Assembly (NCBI RefSeq): GCF_018350175.1
Contig: NC_058368.1
Coordinates: forward strand, 73,100,001-73,164,000
Source of the DNA: Felis catus
Taxonomy: Eukaryota
Length of the DNA stretch: 64,000 nucleotides
Direction of reading: 5' to 3'
Made by a program: the position numbers and the translations under genes. A model generated the notes under the pieces. It made no database searches. It saw nothing but the letters and a program-made list of their open reading frames with translations, and was not told the origin of the DNA. Positions 63,141 through 64,000 of the stretch are shown one piece after another (positions within the stretch are counted from its first letter, which is position 1; the number at the start of each line of letters is the position of its first letter).

Positions 63141-63477
63141 GTGTCCTAACTCCTGAGCAAGGTAAATTCCTCACACACCATCAAAGCCAGCAGGTTGCGT
63201 TCCTCCAGAGCACAGCTCACCACTTGCATTGTATTTACATCCATGTCATTCACAGTGTACCATGTAAGATCTCCTCCAGGAAGACAGGAGAGGCACCTGC
63301 ACACACACTCCAGAGATTTCTGGAGTGGGGACACAGAGGTCTACTGAGAGGGCCATTATGCTGTACGAGGTCACTGATCCCATGATACAAACCCACCAAT
63401 AGAACAGCCAAAGGTCCAGACATAAAAGAATACACTGTTTAATTCTGGAATTCTTATTCTTGCTGTAAAGAAAGCAA

Positions 63478-63668
63478 GTCAGTGTAGCAGTTAAAACAGC
63501 CTGTTTGAAGCCTGAACCTGGGGGCTGAGCAAACTGCTTTCCTGTGCCTTCTTTCACAGCCTGTAAGCTGAGGACATTAACAAGGACATTGTGAGGCAGA
63601 AGTGAGTTAGTGCAGAGAAAGTGCTTAGAACAGTTCCCAGAACATATTAAGTGTTCAATAAACATCAT
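63478..63668 (+). mobile_element. MIR SINE
   Basis: gtgtagcagttaaaac ... gaaagtgcttagaacagttcccagaacatattaagtgttcaataaa. Confidence 0.75.
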
Positions 63669-64000
63669 TTTTTGATAGTGTTCTTGTCTCTATGTCAATA
63701 GATGGGGGGAAGGGGTTTAAAATGGGGTTCCCCGAGTGCAGCTACTTTATAAATGTCTCAGACTAGCCAACTTCAGAAAGAAACATTCACATGAGCCCAC
63801 AAGATCTGGCTTATCATTCTCTAGAGCTAGATGTGTATATCTTGTAGGCATATATTAAATATATCAGCAATGACATGCCAAAGAATTGTATGATCAGAGA
63901 TGTCAGAATGGAAAGGCTTTTCATCAACAGCACCCTGATCATTTCTATTTTGATAGGAATATCTCACATCAGGAAAATCTTATTTCTAATGGGCAAAGGC

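Noticed and set aside
63221..63462. Minus-strand exon-like segment (ctttacag| ... GTG|gtgagc)
   Set aside because: Stops occur in all three frames and the acceptor abuts a MIR; no independent support.
1..64000. A novel multi-gene system, operon, CRISPR array or viral insert
   Set aside because: The window is repeat-rich mammalian non-coding DNA with no long ORFs or regularly spaced repeat-spacer array. The recurring ~200-bp repeats are dispersed SINEs with individual TSDs.

Overview
Mammalian non-coding DNA, almost certainly from a cat-family (feliform) carnivore, since about 24 tRNA-derived Can-SINEs carry the SINEC_Fc-type body. I recognise no protein-coding gene; the ORF track is explained by SINEs, microsatellites, one L1 ORF2 C-terminus and chance. 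The window looks like a large intron or intergenic interval. It holds old L2/MIR/L1M remnants, five MaLR (MLT1) and two ERV1-type solo LTRs, Tigger and hAT DNA-transposon fossils, and many microsatellites. The most notable items are: a compact CpG-containing promoter-like motif cluster at about 22.8 kb; a pair of perfect Grainyhead-type sites beside a CpG-retaining patch at 11.6-12.3 kb; an L1 3' fragment with a tiny twin-priming-type 5' inversion; a tailless 27-nt U6 retrocopy with a target-site duplication (TSD); and a few weak orphan exon candidates. I found no support for a previously undescribed biological system. Repeat subfamily names come from remembered consensus sequences and need RepeatMasker/Dfam confirmation. 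Boundaries of old repeats are approximate.
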